64,000 bases of DNA from a virus (Duplodnaviria > Caudoviricetes), in IMG/VR virus record IMGVR_UViG_3300017821_000056, positions 1-64,000 of that record, one strand, 5' to 3'. Under the pieces are notes generated by a model, which saw nothing but the letters and a program-made list of their open reading frames with translations, was not told the DNA's origin and searched no databases. Below, one piece after another: positions 1-9,171 of the stretch. Each line of letters starts with the position of its first letter. Position 1 is the stretch's first letter. The position numbers and the translations under genes were made by a program.

Positions 1-14
1 TCACGGCTGAACAG

Positions 15-449
15 ATGGAAGCCGAAGGCCAGCGTCCCGACGCAGCTGAGGTCATGCGCCGCGCTGCGCCACCGCCGGTACTGACCCCCGTCACCGCCGA
101 CGCCATCCTCGCCGAAGCCCGCAGCGCGAACCTCCTCACCTTCGAGGGGGACACCCAGCCCAGGGCCGAGGAGCACCTTCTCGACCTCGCCGCCCGCGTG
201 GCTAATGCCCTCACCAGGAACCCTGCCAGCGGACCCATCCCCACGGGGGCGGAAGTCTTCGGCAGCGACACGCCCCAGGCCGAGTTCGAGGGACGGCGCT
301 GGGACAATCTCGTCCAACTGGGGAAAGAGCAGCCGCACCTCGCGCCGGAAGGCTTCGACCGGGGCCAGCTGCTCCAGGCGGCAGTGCTGGCTAGGCTCCA
401 CGACGACGAGCACCGGGCCGGCCGCGGCGCCGCAGCGGCAGGCAGGTAA
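15..449 (+). CDS. hypothetical protein (may start before the window)
   Basis: ORF with high-GC codon bias. Confidence 0.5.
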   Translation: MEAEGQRPDAAEVMRRAAPPPVLTPVTADAILAEARSANLLTFEGDTQPRAEEHLLDLAARVANALTRNPASGPIPTGAEVFGSDTPQAEFEGRRWDNLVQLGKEQPHLAPEGFDRGQLLQAAVLARLHDDEHRAGRGAAAAGR

Positions 450-644
450 CGCGCACCGGGCAGCGGCCGTTTCCAAGTGGGTAACGACTAGCCGCCCGCG
501 TGCACGGATGTGTTGCAGGAAACGTCTTAACTGAATCAGCTACACGGAGCGCTCTGGTGAGGCTGGGGGGCCTCGCCGGGTGCCACGATGAGCGGGGACG
601 CTCATGCGCTACGCGGCTGCGTATGACAGCCGCCGGGAGGGACG

Positions 645-1832
645 ATGAACGGAGAGGCCACCGCGCCGCAGCCGGTCATAACGGCGGCGACGGGAGAGGA
701 CCACCTGGCGTACCTGTGCGAGCAGGTGCTGTCGGCGCTGGAGGAGACGCGCAGGCTCCAGCGGATGGCCATAGCCGCGCACCCGGACGTCACCGCCCTG
801 ATGGCCAACCTCAACCGGGTGACCGACCTGCAGTACGAGTGGCAGCAGGGCATCGCGGAGATCCGGGCGGGCAGGACCGTGCGGGACGTCCGGGGCCTCA
901 TCGAAGCCGCCGGGCCGCCTCCCCTGGCCGTGGTCCCGGCGTCCCAGCCTCGGGGGCGGCGCCGGGGCGGCTCCCACCGGCAGAAGGCACCGGGAGAAGG
1001 GCAGCTGAGACTGCTCGGCACCGCCCTGGTCGCGTTCGCGGCGAAGACGCTGAGGCCGGCCGCCCCGCACGCTCACCGCGCCGTGACGGCGCTGAGAGCC
1101 CACCGCGTCATCGGGGCGGCCGCCGCCCACGCGAAGGCCGTCACCATCGCCGCCGCATCCACTGCCGGGGGCGTCGTGCTCATGACCGGTGCCGCCGTCG
1201 CCATCCACTCGGCCACGTCCCCGCACGCCGCCGCCTCCGGGGGAGCCTCCGCCTCCGGACTGCACTGGCACACCTCCGCCACCCCGCTCCTGCCATCCTC
1301 GTCGCTGATAGCCCGTGACGCCCGCCACGGCAAGACCGCAGCAGCGAGGAAGAAGGCCGTACTGTCCGCCGCTGGTGCCGCGCAGCCGCCCCTGTACTGG
1401 TACCCGGCTCAGCCGACGCCGCAGCCGTCGCCTAGCCCCTCGTCCTCGGCGCCGTCCGGGCCCGTCGAGGGCACGCTGAGCGTCCCCGACCAGGACCCCG
1501 TAGGCCTGCAGGTGGCCGACCCGACCCAGCCCGCCACGGTGGAACTGGACGCCAGCGCGTCGGGGAACGTCCCGTGGGGAATGCGGTGCTCCGCCCCGGC
1601 CGGGCCAGGGCCTACGTGCGCGGACCTGAAGTTCAGCGCCACTGACGGCGCGATAGGGGCAGGCACGAGCGAGGACGTGACGATCACCTTCGACTCGCTG
1701 GCCCAGCAGGCCGGCGGGACCGTGGTCCTGACGTTCAACGGGCACATCCAGGTCACGGTGAACTGGCAGCAGGCCCCGTCGTCCACGGCTGCCGCAACGC
1801 CATCACCCGCGCCGACGGTGTTCCCGTCCTGA
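645..1832 (+). CDS. membrane-anchored protein with Pro/Ser linker and C-terminal beta-rich (Ig-like) domain
   Basis: RBS GGGAGG; hydrophobic GGVVLMTGAAVAI; PQPSPSPSS linker; beta-rich C-terminus. Confidence 0.6.
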   Translation: MNGEATAPQPVITAATGEDHLAYLCEQVLSALEETRRLQRMAIAAHPDVTALMANLNRVTDLQYEWQQGIAEIRAGRTVRDVRGLIEAAGPPPLAVVPASQPRGRRRGGSHRQKAPGEGQLRLLGTALVAFAAKTLRPAAPHAHRAVTALRAHRVIGAAAAHAKAVTIAAASTAGGVVLMTGAAVAIHSATSPHAAASGGASASGLHWHTSATPLLPSSSLIARDARHGKTAAARKKAVLSAAGAAQPPLYWYPAQPTPQPSPSPSSSAPSGPVEGTLSVPDQDPVGLQVADPTQPATVELDASASGNVPWGMRCSAPAGPGPTCADLKFSATDGAIGAGTSEDVTITFDSLAQQAGGTVVLTFNGHIQVTVNWQQAPSSTAAATPSPAPTVFPS

Positions 1833-1908
1833 GATCGGCCCTCCGCTGCCGGGATTTTTGCCCTGCGCGAGGCTGTAATACGGGTACCGGGCCATTACGA
1901 TGCAGGAC

Positions 1909-2301
1909 GTGAGCAGCGAGGAGGAAGCGACGGCGCGGGTACGGGCCGTGATCGAGGATCACTCCCGGCTGGTGGCGTTCGTGGCCGCCCGGCTGGATGA
2001 GGATGAGGCGCTGATCGGACGCAACAGCGGCGGGCGCGGACTAGCCGACGGCTTCCCGGACTACCGGACTTACGTGGACGATGACACCGACGCCGCCGAT
2101 GAGTACATCGCGCACTTCGGGCCTGCCCGGATGCGTCGCCAAGCCGAAGCCGCCCGCGCCGTCCTGACCGCCTACGAGATGAGCGTCCGCATGCTCGGGG
2201 AAGGGCTGTCGCGGGACAAGCTGATGCTGGTCCGGGCTCACGCGGTCATCTGGGAGGACCACCCGGATTACGACCCGGCATGGCGGCCGGGAGAGGGCTA
2301 G
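1909..2301 (+). CDS. DUF6221-like protein
   Basis: LVAFVAARLDEDE...HPDYDPAWRP signature; GTG 7 nt after TACGAT (leaderless); alternative ATG at 1900. Confidence 0.75.
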   Translation: MSSEEEATARVRAVIEDHSRLVAFVAARLDEDEALIGRNSGGRGLADGFPDYRTYVDDDTDAADEYIAHFGPARMRRQAEAARAVLTAYEMSVRMLGEGLSRDKLMLVRAHAVIWEDHPDYDPAWRPGEG

Positions 2302-2528
2302 CGCCTGACCCCCGCCCGCCGGGCACGGCACTGCGCCTCCGCGACCGCCGACATCTCCCCGAGGGTGCGGAGCCTGGCCCTCGTCGTCGCCAGTTCGGCC
2401 CGCACCCGCCACGCCACGGGCAGGAGAGCGACGACGGCAGCCACGGCTACCGCCAGCCAGTCGCCCCGGTAGCCGAAGGCGACCGCGGAGCCGAGGGCGA
2501 TGAAGGCCGCCCGCGCGCGCCAGCTCAC
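2298..2528 (-). CDS. small membrane protein
   Basis: GTGA overlap with upstream methyltransferase stop; two hydrophobic segments. Confidence 0.55.
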   Translation of the reverse strand: MSWRARAAFIALGSAVAFGYRGDWLAVAVAAVVALLPVAWRVRAELATTRARLRTLGEMSAVAEAQCRARRAGVRR

Positions 2529-3328
2529 GGCTTGATCCCGACGCCGCCGAGGACTTCCCCGGGCCTCTCCTGGTCTCGCAGGACGGGCCCGACGTCCGCC
2601 CGTACCAGGCGGAGGCCCCCGGCAGCGAAGAAGGAGGCCACGGTCTCCTTGTCGTGGTTGCGCCACTGTCCAGCCCCGTTGCTGGCTGCGGCGAACAGCG
2701 CCGCCATCTCCGCCCCGAACTCCGGATCGGCGTATGAGGCGCAGGAGATGATCATGGCGCTCCCCGGCACAAGGGCTTTCGCGTAGCCTGCGACGGCTGC
2801 ACGGGCCGTCGCGGCGTCCATCGCTGACAACGTTCCGCCGAGCACGACGCAGGCAGGCCGGGTGAAGTCCAGCAGGTCCCGCACCGCCTCATCCCCGAGC
2901 ACCGAGGCCGGGTCCGCCGCGTCGGCCAGGACCGCCCCGAGTCCCGGCCCGCGCTGCAGGTGCGTGACATGGAGCATGACCACGGGATCGATGTCCACGT
3001 AGACCACCCTGGCCCCCTCGTACCCGTCCCGGGCCGCGTCGTGGACAGCGGGCTTGAGCACGTCGCCGCAGCCGACGTCGAGGAACTGCCCGATGGACAG
3101 CGCGGACGCGCACCACGTGACGCCCCGCAGGACGAACGCCCGGTTGACCTGCACCATCTCCCGGATCGAGGCGCCGTGCGACAGGGCCTGCGCCTGCAGC
3201 TTGTCGGCAGCCTCCCGGTCGGCGGCGAAACTGCCCTTGCCGTCGAGAAGGTACCGGTACATGCGGGAACCGTTCGGGACCGAGGCGTCCAGCGCCCTCT
3301 GCCCGTCGTCCGGGGCTTCCTCAGCCAC
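2525..3328 (-). CDS. actinobacterial SAM-dependent methyltransferase (Methyltransf_19-like)
   Basis: SRMYRYLLDGKGSFAADREAA, NRAFVLR, QFLDVGCG, VVYVDIDPVV, LLDFTRP motifs. Confidence 0.85.
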   Translation of the reverse strand: MAEEAPDDGQRALDASVPNGSRMYRYLLDGKGSFAADREAADKLQAQALSHGASIREMVQVNRAFVLRGVTWCASALSIGQFLDVGCGDVLKPAVHDAARDGYEGARVVYVDIDPVVMLHVTHLQRGPGLGAVLADAADPASVLGDEAVRDLLDFTRPACVVLGGTLSAMDAATARAAVAGYAKALVPGSAMIISCASYADPEFGAEMAALFAAASNGAGQWRNHDKETVASFFAAGGLRLVRADVGPVLRDQERPGEVLGGVGIKP

Positions 3329-3641
3329 TGCCGGTCCCCTCCGTCGCTGCCAGTTCCCCGTCACCCGCACCCTCCGGGCACAGTTCCGCGTTGCGGCGGA
3401 TGAGCCGGGCGTTCTGGCCGATCAGCGCCCGGCAGACCTGGGCCATCCGCCTGTTCAGCCGCAGCAGGAACACGATCAGCGCGGCAGATGCGATGCCCGC
3501 CGCCCCGGTCAGGAGGTTCCCGCCGGCGAGGTTCAGGCAAGAGACGGCGGCGAGGATGAGGATGTCAGCGACCACCACGCCCTCCGCCGTGCGGAGAGCC
3601 CGCGAAGGCCTGCCCTGGTGCCGTGCTCCAGCCACGTCCAT
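3321..3641 (-). CDS. two-TM membrane protein
   Basis: RBS GGGAGAGG; two hydrophobic helices; stop overlaps the next start. Confidence 0.55.
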   Translation of the reverse strand: MDVAGARHQGRPSRALRTAEGVVVADILILAAVSCLNLAGGNLLTGAAGIASAALIVFLLRLNRRMAQVCRALIGQNARLIRRNAELCPEGAGDGELAATEGTGSG

Positions 3642-4350
3642 CCTCTCCCTCGGTGCCGTCTTTAGACCCCTGCTGGCCGCTGGCGGCGGTGGTCTGATCC
3701 CGGCGATCTCGGACACCGGGACACCGCCGCCAGCGGGGCTCTGTGCGGGGGACCGTGACAGGCGGCCGGGCGGCCCGGGACCCGGGGGGAGTGGCCCCGC
3801 CCGCAGCGTTGCCGCCGTCACGGTCCCCCTCTTTCCGCGCTGGCGGGACTGGCGTCGTGCCTTCTGGGGGGGGCGAAGGCACAGGGCCGTGAGGAGCCCG
3901 CCGCACGCGAACCTTGAAGCTAAGGAGGCAGCGCCTCGTCCAGCTTGTCGAGCAGCGTCCCGAGGTCATGGTCTGCGAGATGCCTCTCGCTGTTGCCGTC
4001 GAGCGGGACATCGGCGTGCCAGACGTCGAACATGTCCTCATGCGCGATGCGGATCTTCGGGTGATCGCGGCGGAACGCGGCCAGGCGCAGGATCTGCTCA
4101 GGCATAACCGCACGCCCTCTGCGGTCAGGTCGCACCAGCGCGCCCAGTCGGCCTTGATTGCCGACTCGAGTTTGTCCGGCGAGGGTGCGGTGATGAGCGG
4201 TCCTCCGGTGAGACCGCGGCGCTCGGCGCGGTACTGCGGCCCGTCGGTCCAGAAGCGGTAGCAGGCGGCCCAGGTGTCCGCGAGGTCATCGAGCGCCATC
4301 TGGTCCGGTGTCGGCCACGCGGTTACTGCATGAGCAGGGTCCAAGCCCAT
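3565..4350 (-). CDS. hypothetical protein (only the first ~80 aa look genuine)
   Basis: RBS GGGAGG; N-terminus protein-like; remainder overlaps downstream genes out of frame. Confidence 0.4.
   Translation of the reverse strand: MGLDPAHAVTAWPTPDQMALDDLADTWAACYRFWTDGPQYRAERRGLTGGPLITAPSPDKLESAIKADWARWCDLTAEGVRLCLSRSCAWPRSAAITRRSASRMRTCSTSGTPMSRSTATARGISQTMTSGRCSTSWTRRCLLSFKVRVRRAPHGPVPSPPPEGTTPVPPARKEGDRDGGNAAGGATPPGSRAARPPVTVPRTEPRWRRCPGVRDRRDQTTAASGQQGSKDGTEGEDGRGWSTAPGQAFAGSPHGGGRGGR
3920..4105 (-). CDS. hypothetical protein
   Basis: Protein-like 61-aa ORF. Confidence 0.5.
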   Translation of the reverse strand: MPEQILRLAAFRRDHPKIRIAHEDMFDVWHADVPLDGNSERHLADHDLGTLLDKLDEALPP

Positions 4351-4707
4351 GATGAATGCCTCCCCGCGGCCACTCCCTTAGCCGCCCTGTCGTTCAGGTT
4401 CCGTTCGGCTAAGCCGCAGGGAAACCCTGACCGAACCGGACGCTACTCGCAGGTAAACGGCCACGCAACGGGACGCATTAATTCCGCAAATGTGTCTGCC
4501 GTGATCCGCGTACCTGACAGATTTGACTCTCCGTGGCGTTTCCGCAGCATGCGGGGCGCACGTGCAAATGCCGTGTGATTCTCAGAATGCAAGGCGTGTG
4601 ACGCATATCACAGGTCATGCCGTGCTACGGGACGGCGTGACGCACGCTGGCATACTCGGCCGCTCCCCGCGTATCCTTGCAGTTCAACGGCACCCTACGG
4701 TTACGGC

Positions 4708-4956
4708 ATGGAAGCGCCGGGATTCGAGTTGCAGGTGGGACCTGCTTACGTTTATGTCCAGGTGGCCACGCACCTTGAAGGCCGGATCAGGTCCGGCGAG
4801 CTAGCCCCCGGCTCCCGGCTGCCGAACGAACGCGAGCTCGCAGCTTCTTACGGGGTCGCCTTGGGAACTATGCGGAAAGCCATCGCGATATTGAAAGAGA
4901 AACGACTCGTAGTAGTGACGCCGCATAAAGGGGTTTTCGTCAGCAAGCCGCAGTAA
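4708..4956 (+). CDS. GntR-family winged-HTH regulator (HTH only)
   Basis: YVQVATHLEGRIRSGELAPGSRLPNERELAASYGVALGTMRKAI; TACGGT 6 nt upstream. Confidence 0.9.
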   Translation: MEAPGFELQVGPAYVYVQVATHLEGRIRSGELAPGSRLPNERELAASYGVALGTMRKAIAILKEKRLVVVTPHKGVFVSKPQ

Positions 4957-5081
4957 TCCGCTAGAATGTTCGTAGCGGCCCGGTAGCGCTGTTGCGAGCG
5001 CCGACCGGGCCTCACCCACACCCCGTAGCATGCAAGACGGCCACCCTCGGGATGAGGATGGCCGTCACTGGTGAGCGGGGG

Positions 5082-5474
5082 CTAGGCGTCCGGCACTACT
5101 ACCGTGATGATCTCCGCGTCGGGCTTCATGGCCCGCAGTTCGGTGAACGGGTCGATCCGGGTGTGGTCCTCGGCGGCGAGAGGGGCGACCTCACGGGTCT
5201 CCCCGTAGGCAGCCACCTGCTCCGCTAGCCAGCAGTCCACGGCATCCTTTCCGCCGCCGAAGTCCTCCGGTACCACGATCGCGGCGAGGTCGGGGTGCTG
5301 GGCGAGCAGCGGCCCCTGGCATTCGTCGCAGGCGCGGGGAATCTGGTGGGTGAACAGGTTGTCCCCTGTCATCCAGTTGAGGATGTCGTAGATGCCGTCC
5401 ATGTGGCGCGGCGAGAGGAGGCGGCCCGTGGTGATGCTGAGGATGTCGCCCAGGTGAAAGCTCCTGGTGCTCAT
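5082..5474 (-). CDS. conserved phage protein
   Basis: FHLGDILSITTGRLLSPRHMDGIYDILNWMTGDNLFTHQIPRA; ATGA coupling. Confidence 0.7.
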   Translation of the reverse strand: MSTRSFHLGDILSITTGRLLSPRHMDGIYDILNWMTGDNLFTHQIPRACDECQGPLLAQHPDLAAIVVPEDFGGGKDAVDCWLAEQVAAYGETREVAPLAAEDHTRIDPFTELRAMKPDAEIITVVVPDA

Positions 5475-5764
5475 CGCTGCTCTCCTGCTCTTTCTGCCTC
5501 GTCCCACTCGCGGGTCTCCCGCAGGGTCTCAAGGGCACTCAGGTGGACGCCTGCCCTCATTGCCATCTCGGCGAGGGTGCCGGCGAGGTCGGCGTCTGCG
5601 CGGTTGAACGCGACCAGCCTGTCGCGGAGGACGGTGGCCCGCTCGATCAGGTCATCCAGGGCCTTTACCGCGCGGCGCGAGTGGCTGTCGGCGGACTGGT
5701 TGCGCATCCTCTCGGGGAACGGGGTCTCCGGGGTGGCGGTCCCGGCCGGGCCGGTGGTGGTCAT
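5471..5764 (-). CDS. hypothetical protein
   Basis: ATGA-coupled operon member. Confidence 0.6.
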   Translation of the reverse strand: MTTTGPAGTATPETPFPERMRNQSADSHSRRAVKALDDLIERATVLRDRLVAFNRADADLAGTLAEMAMRAGVHLSALETLRETREWDEAERAGEQR

Positions 5765-6192
5765 GACGGGCTCCTCGGGGTCTCGACATAGGTAACGACT
5801 TCCTCGCCGAACTCGCCGTTCATCAGCTCGCCCTCATGGGTCGGGCAGCGCCACCACAAGGCGCCCGCAGCGTCCCGCACGGCGGTGTTCGCGGGATGCT
5901 GGCAGGTGTCCGATGCGGCGATGGCGTCGGGGCGCAGCGGGTAGGAGCAGCGGACGTAAAGCTCGGTGACCGGGGTCAGGGGGACGACGGTGACGGCAAA
6001 CCTGCAGCCGTCGCGCTCGACGTAACTGGTTGCGCCGGTCCCGGACTCCGTGACCTCGTAGCGGCTGCCATCCTCAGTGCGTACAGCGAAGCTTCCGTCC
6101 GGGCCGTGGGCTTGGACGTGGAGGTCGTAGCCTCGGGCAAGGATGCCTGCTAGGTCTGCCGCGGTCTTCATGCGGTCGGCGGTGGTGGTCAT
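5761..6192 (-). CDS. hypothetical protein
   Basis: ATGA-coupled; RBS GGGAGG. Confidence 0.6.
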   Translation of the reverse strand: MTTTADRMKTAADLAGILARGYDLHVQAHGPDGSFAVRTEDGSRYEVTESGTGATSYVERDGCRFAVTVVPLTPVTELYVRCSYPLRPDAIAASDTCQHPANTAVRDAAGALWWRCPTHEGELMNGEFGEEVVTYVETPRSPS

Positions 6193-6533
6193 TGCTCCCC
6201 TCCCGGGGTCTGGGCGGTCTCGCCTTCAAGCGCAGCGACGGGAATGAACGACTGGGACGCCGAGCCGCAGTAGCCGGCCTCAGCCTGCGGGCTGTAGCCG
6301 TGACCCCGGACGGGCCACACGTGGTAGCCGTCGTCCCGCAGTTCAAGCCGCATGGAACTGGTGCCCATGGGCCGTGGGGTGACCTCGTAGTCCGGGTGCA
6401 GCCACAGCAGTTCGTCATGGTCGGCCCACATCGCCCACGGGACGGTGTAGCGGGTCTGGCCGAACTTCATGGTGGCGATGGTGGGGGCGTGGAGCGCTTT
6501 CGGCAACCGCGCCTGTGGTGTCGTGCGGTTCAT
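6189..6533 (-). CDS. hypothetical protein
   Basis: ATGA-coupled; RBS AAGGAG. Confidence 0.6.
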   Translation of the reverse strand: MNRTTPQARLPKALHAPTIATMKFGQTRYTVPWAMWADHDELLWLHPDYEVTPRPMGTSSMRLELRDDGYHVWPVRGHGYSPQAEAGYCGSASQSFIPVAALEGETAQTPGGEQ

Positions 6534-6778
6534 CTCTCGCTCTCCTTCGGCGCGTCCCTCAGTTCGAGGCTGCTCAGCTCAAGGCTTGCCCGGTCCCCGT
6601 CCTTGTGGTGGACCTCCTTGCCGCGCAGATCGCAGCGGGCGAGGTACGCGGCGGCCATCTCGTCCAGCAGTTCCCGGAGGGTGATCCCCCGGCGTGCGGC
6701 CTCTGCGGCGAGACGGGGCTTGAGGTCCGGGTCTGCGGAGTGCCAGCCGATGAGGGGGGTGGCGTTCTTGCCTGTCAT
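6530..6778 (-). CDS. ribbon-helix-helix-like protein with degenerate HNH remnant
   Basis: LKPRLAAEAARRGITLRELLDEM; VHHKDGDRASLELSSLEL. Confidence 0.55.
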   Translation of the reverse strand: MTGKNATPLIGWHSADPDLKPRLAAEAARRGITLRELLDEMAAAYLARCDLRGKEVHHKDGDRASLELSSLELRDAPKESER

Positions 6779-7018
6779 CTACCAGACCCGCCAGGAGTGC
6801 TTCACGACCTCGCGGCCCTTGCCGGTGATCTCCAGGTAGCGCATGCCGTTGCGCATGACCTGGGTGAGAAGGCCGCCGGCGATCAGGCGGCCTACGGACG
6901 CCTTGCTGGTCTGCATGGCCAGCGTGGAACTAGTGAAGAACGCGTTGGCTGCCACCAGCTCAAGACCCTTGCGGTCGCGCCGCTCGGCTGCTCCCATGCG
7001 GCCTGTCAGGTACTGCAT
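6779..7018 (-). CDS. small winged-helix-like protein
   Basis: RLIAGGLL...YLEITGKGREV; first gene after the promoter at 7038-7075. Confidence 0.5.
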   Translation of the reverse strand: MQYLTGRMGAAERRDRKGLELVAANAFFTSSTLAMQTSKASVGRLIAGGLLTQVMRNGMRYLEITGKGREVVKHSWRVW

Positions 7019-7037
7019 CTCGGCGCCTCTCTATCGG

Positions 7038-7075
7038 GTAGTTACTACTCTAGCGGAGGTAGTTACTACCGTCAA
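7038..7075 (-). promoter_or_regulatory. sigma70-type promoter with two palindromic operators
   Basis: TTGACG-17 nt-TAGAGT on minus strand; GTAGTTACTAC at 7038-7048 and 7059-7069. Confidence 0.7.
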
Positions 7076-7141
7076 GAGGGAACCGGGAAAGTAAGGCGAC
7101 CGTATCGAGCAGGTCAGAACCGCGCCGACGGGAAGAGCCGC

Positions 7142-7372
7142 TCAGGCCGCCGCCCTGGTCTTCGTCCTCGCTGCGATCTCGTCCCTGGTCGCCAGCGCGA
7201 CCGCTTCCCGGTACAGGGTCAGCGCCGCGGCGACGATCTGCTGGGCTACATCCACGGAGACGGGATGGTCGTGCTCGTAGTCGTCCTGTACCTGGGCGGC
7301 CATCCGCTCGATCCGGGATGCGGTGGTCCAGGCCAGGGTCTTGTGCTGGAGGCGTGCGGTGGTGTCGGGCAT
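7142..7372 (-). CDS. hypothetical protein
   Basis: RBS AGGAG; helical 76 aa. Confidence 0.55.
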   Translation of the reverse strand: MPDTTARLQHKTLAWTTASRIERMAAQVQDDYEHDHPVSVDVAQQIVAAALTLYREAVALATRDEIAARTKTRAAA

Positions 7373-7589
7373 GGGGTGGTGCTCCTAGTCGCGGGAAAGC
7401 GCGGCCCTGGGTAGAGGACCGCGCTGTCGTTACCGTCAGCATGCGCGGCAGACGGCTGTTCGTAAAGGGAGCGTAACCGAGTCGTTACTTGCGGGTAAGC
7501 GGTTCCGTCAGGACGGCAGCGACGAGGAGAGAGGCGTCGGCTCCTGCCCGGTGCCGGATGCACGCCCTAGCCGCCGACCTGCACCTGCG

Positions 7590-7850
7590 TCAGCCGCTAC
7601 GGGCGATAACGTCGAACTGCCCGGGATCGGTGCAGCCGCCCCATTCCGGGGCTTCCTGCCGGTAGAAGTCAGGACAGGCCCCCGGCCCGTGGAGGCCATC
7701 GCAGGCGGGGGTGTAAGTGTGCTGCGCCGCGCCTTGCCAGCCGATCGGGGTGAAGTTGACCGGGCTCATGGCCGCGTTGAGCTTCAGGTGGCCGCCGCAT
7801 CCCGTCCCGGCGCACCAGCAGGCGCTGTAGAACTCAAGGCCGTTCGTCAT
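7590..7850 (-). CDS. Cys-rich hypothetical protein
   Basis: Several Cys/His; purine-rich RBS. Confidence 0.5.
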   Translation of the reverse strand: MTNGLEFYSACWCAGTGCGGHLKLNAAMSPVNFTPIGWQGAAQHTYTPACDGLHGPGACPDFYRQEAPEWGGCTDPGQFDVIARSG

Positions 7851-7946
7851 GGCAGCCCTTCCCTGTCCGGACAAGTCGCCCGGATCAGTCTAGCGCCCGG
7901 AACTGACAAAACCGCAGCGACGAGGGAGCAGGCGCATCAGCGGGCC

Positions 7947-8315
7947 TCAGTCTTCCGTGCCGATGAGCGCCACTCCTGGCGCTCTCCACTCGCCGCACGG
8001 CCGCCCCTCCGGTATCCACGGCGGCCGGCGCTGCTCGTTGTCCGCTGCCCGCGGGTTCCGGGGGTTCAGCCCGTGCGTGTACCGCCAGCCGCATTCCCCG
8101 TCGTCGTCCAGTTCCCGGATGCAGATGTACTCCACCGCAGAGTCACACGGCATGCACGCCCACCAGCGCTCTTTCCCGTCTGCGTCGGTGCCGCCGTAGG
8201 TATGGCAGGTCAGGTCGTACACCACCTGCGCGCCGCAGTCCGGGCAGGCCGGGGGCGGCAGCGGTGCGGGCTCAGGTGCCGAAGCCTTCGGCTTCCGGCT
8301 GAGGATGCGGGGCAT
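7947..8315 (-). CDS. zinc-ribbon protein
   Basis: CPDC...CMPC; TGATG coupling. Confidence 0.6.
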   Translation of the reverse strand: MPRILSRKPKASAPEPAPLPPPACPDCGAQVVYDLTCHTYGGTDADGKERWWACMPCDSAVEYICIRELDDDGECGWRYTHGLNPRNPRAADNEQRRPPWIPEGRPCGEWRAPGVALIGTED

Positions 8316-8491
8316 CAGAAGTAATCCCAGAGCGCGCCGTGGCGCGGCCGGGACGGCTCGGGCTCGACACCCCTGGCGAGATCTTCCCGCGCCTTGCGCC
8401 GGGCTCTCTTGTTGCGGGGCCGCACCCAGTCGCGGCGGAACACGCGGGACCTGCGCCACGGCCTCGGTTCCAGCCGGTCGGTGCGGCTCAT
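8315..8491 (-). CDS. small basic protein
   Basis: MSRT...RRKAREDL...WDYF; CACACT 6 nt upstream. Confidence 0.55.
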   Translation of the reverse strand: MSRTDRLEPRPWRRSRVFRRDWVRPRNKRARRKAREDLARGVEPEPSRPRHGALWDYF

Positions 8492-8514
8492 GGCCTCAGT
8501 GTGCCACGCCAGAG

Positions 8515-8763
8515 TCAGTCGGTGCCGCCCGCGACGGCCTCCCCTCGTCGCACCCGGGCTGTGAAACCTCGCCATTCCTCGCTGCTGAAGACGAGCACCG
8601 GGCCGGCCCCGCGGTCTTTGCTGTCCCGTACCCCTATCACGGCGTCACCGCAGCCGACCTCGAGGCACGCGCCGCCGTCGCAGCGGGACGACTTCCGCCA
8701 GGAGTCGATCTCGACGCAGGCGCCGTTATTGACGCTGTAGCTTGACTTCCGCCACCCGCTCAC
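8515..8763 (-). CDS. DUF397-domain protein
   Basis: WRKSSYS..GACVE repeated, VRDSKD, PVLVFSSEEWRGF; RBS GGAGG. Confidence 0.9.
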   Translation of the reverse strand: MSGWRKSSYSVNNGACVEIDSWRKSSRCDGGACLEVGCGDAVIGVRDSKDRGAGPVLVFSSEEWRGFTARVRRGEAVAGGTD

Positions 8764-8862
8764 GACGTGACCTCCTGCCCGGTATGCCTGCACGGTGCCC
8801 ATGATTGCACGCGGCAGGGACAGAACCGGGCAGGGCGCGCTCAGCCCCAGGTGGAGCCGGCC

Positions 8863-8988
8863 CTAGTCGTAGTAGTGCGTGAACGGCGATGCGGCTGCCG
8901 GGGTGGCTGCCACGGCGGGGGCTGCGGCTGCGGCTCCGGCGCAGAGCAGGGCGGCACCGAGGAAGATGGCGGCGATGAGCTTGCGCAT
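8863..8988 (-). CDS. 41-aa secreted peptide precursor (not in ORF track)
   Basis: MRKLIAAIFLGAALLCAGAAAAAPAVAATPAAASPFTHYYD*; RBS GGAGGT; Sec-type signal peptide. Confidence 0.75.
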   Translation of the reverse strand: MRKLIAAIFLGAALLCAGAAAAAPAVAATPAAASPFTHYYD

Positions 8989-9063
8989 GGCAAGGACCTC
9001 CAGGCGCACTGTGCCACGGGCGGGTCTCCGACCGCACGCTCTTACGCGGCTCAGCGCGGTTGC

Positions 9064-9164
9064 ATCGTAACTCCGTAGCCCGGAGAGTACAAGGGGTTAC
9101 TTTCTGTCACTAGACAGGATTCGGTCACGCGCATCTTGACCCTCCGTGTTGACGGAGTTACGGT
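9064..9164. promoter_or_regulatory. divergent promoter pair sharing an operator
   Basis: Plus: TTGACC(9136)-17-TACGGT(9159). Minus: TTGTAC-17-TACGAT. Both carry CTCCG-N5/6-CGGAG and ACGGAGTTACG. Confidence 0.65.
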
Positions 9165-9171
9165 GAGTCCC

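Noticed and set aside
4360-4460. Riboswitch in the leader of the leftward operon
   Set aside because: Some pairing is possible but I recognise no known aptamer consensus
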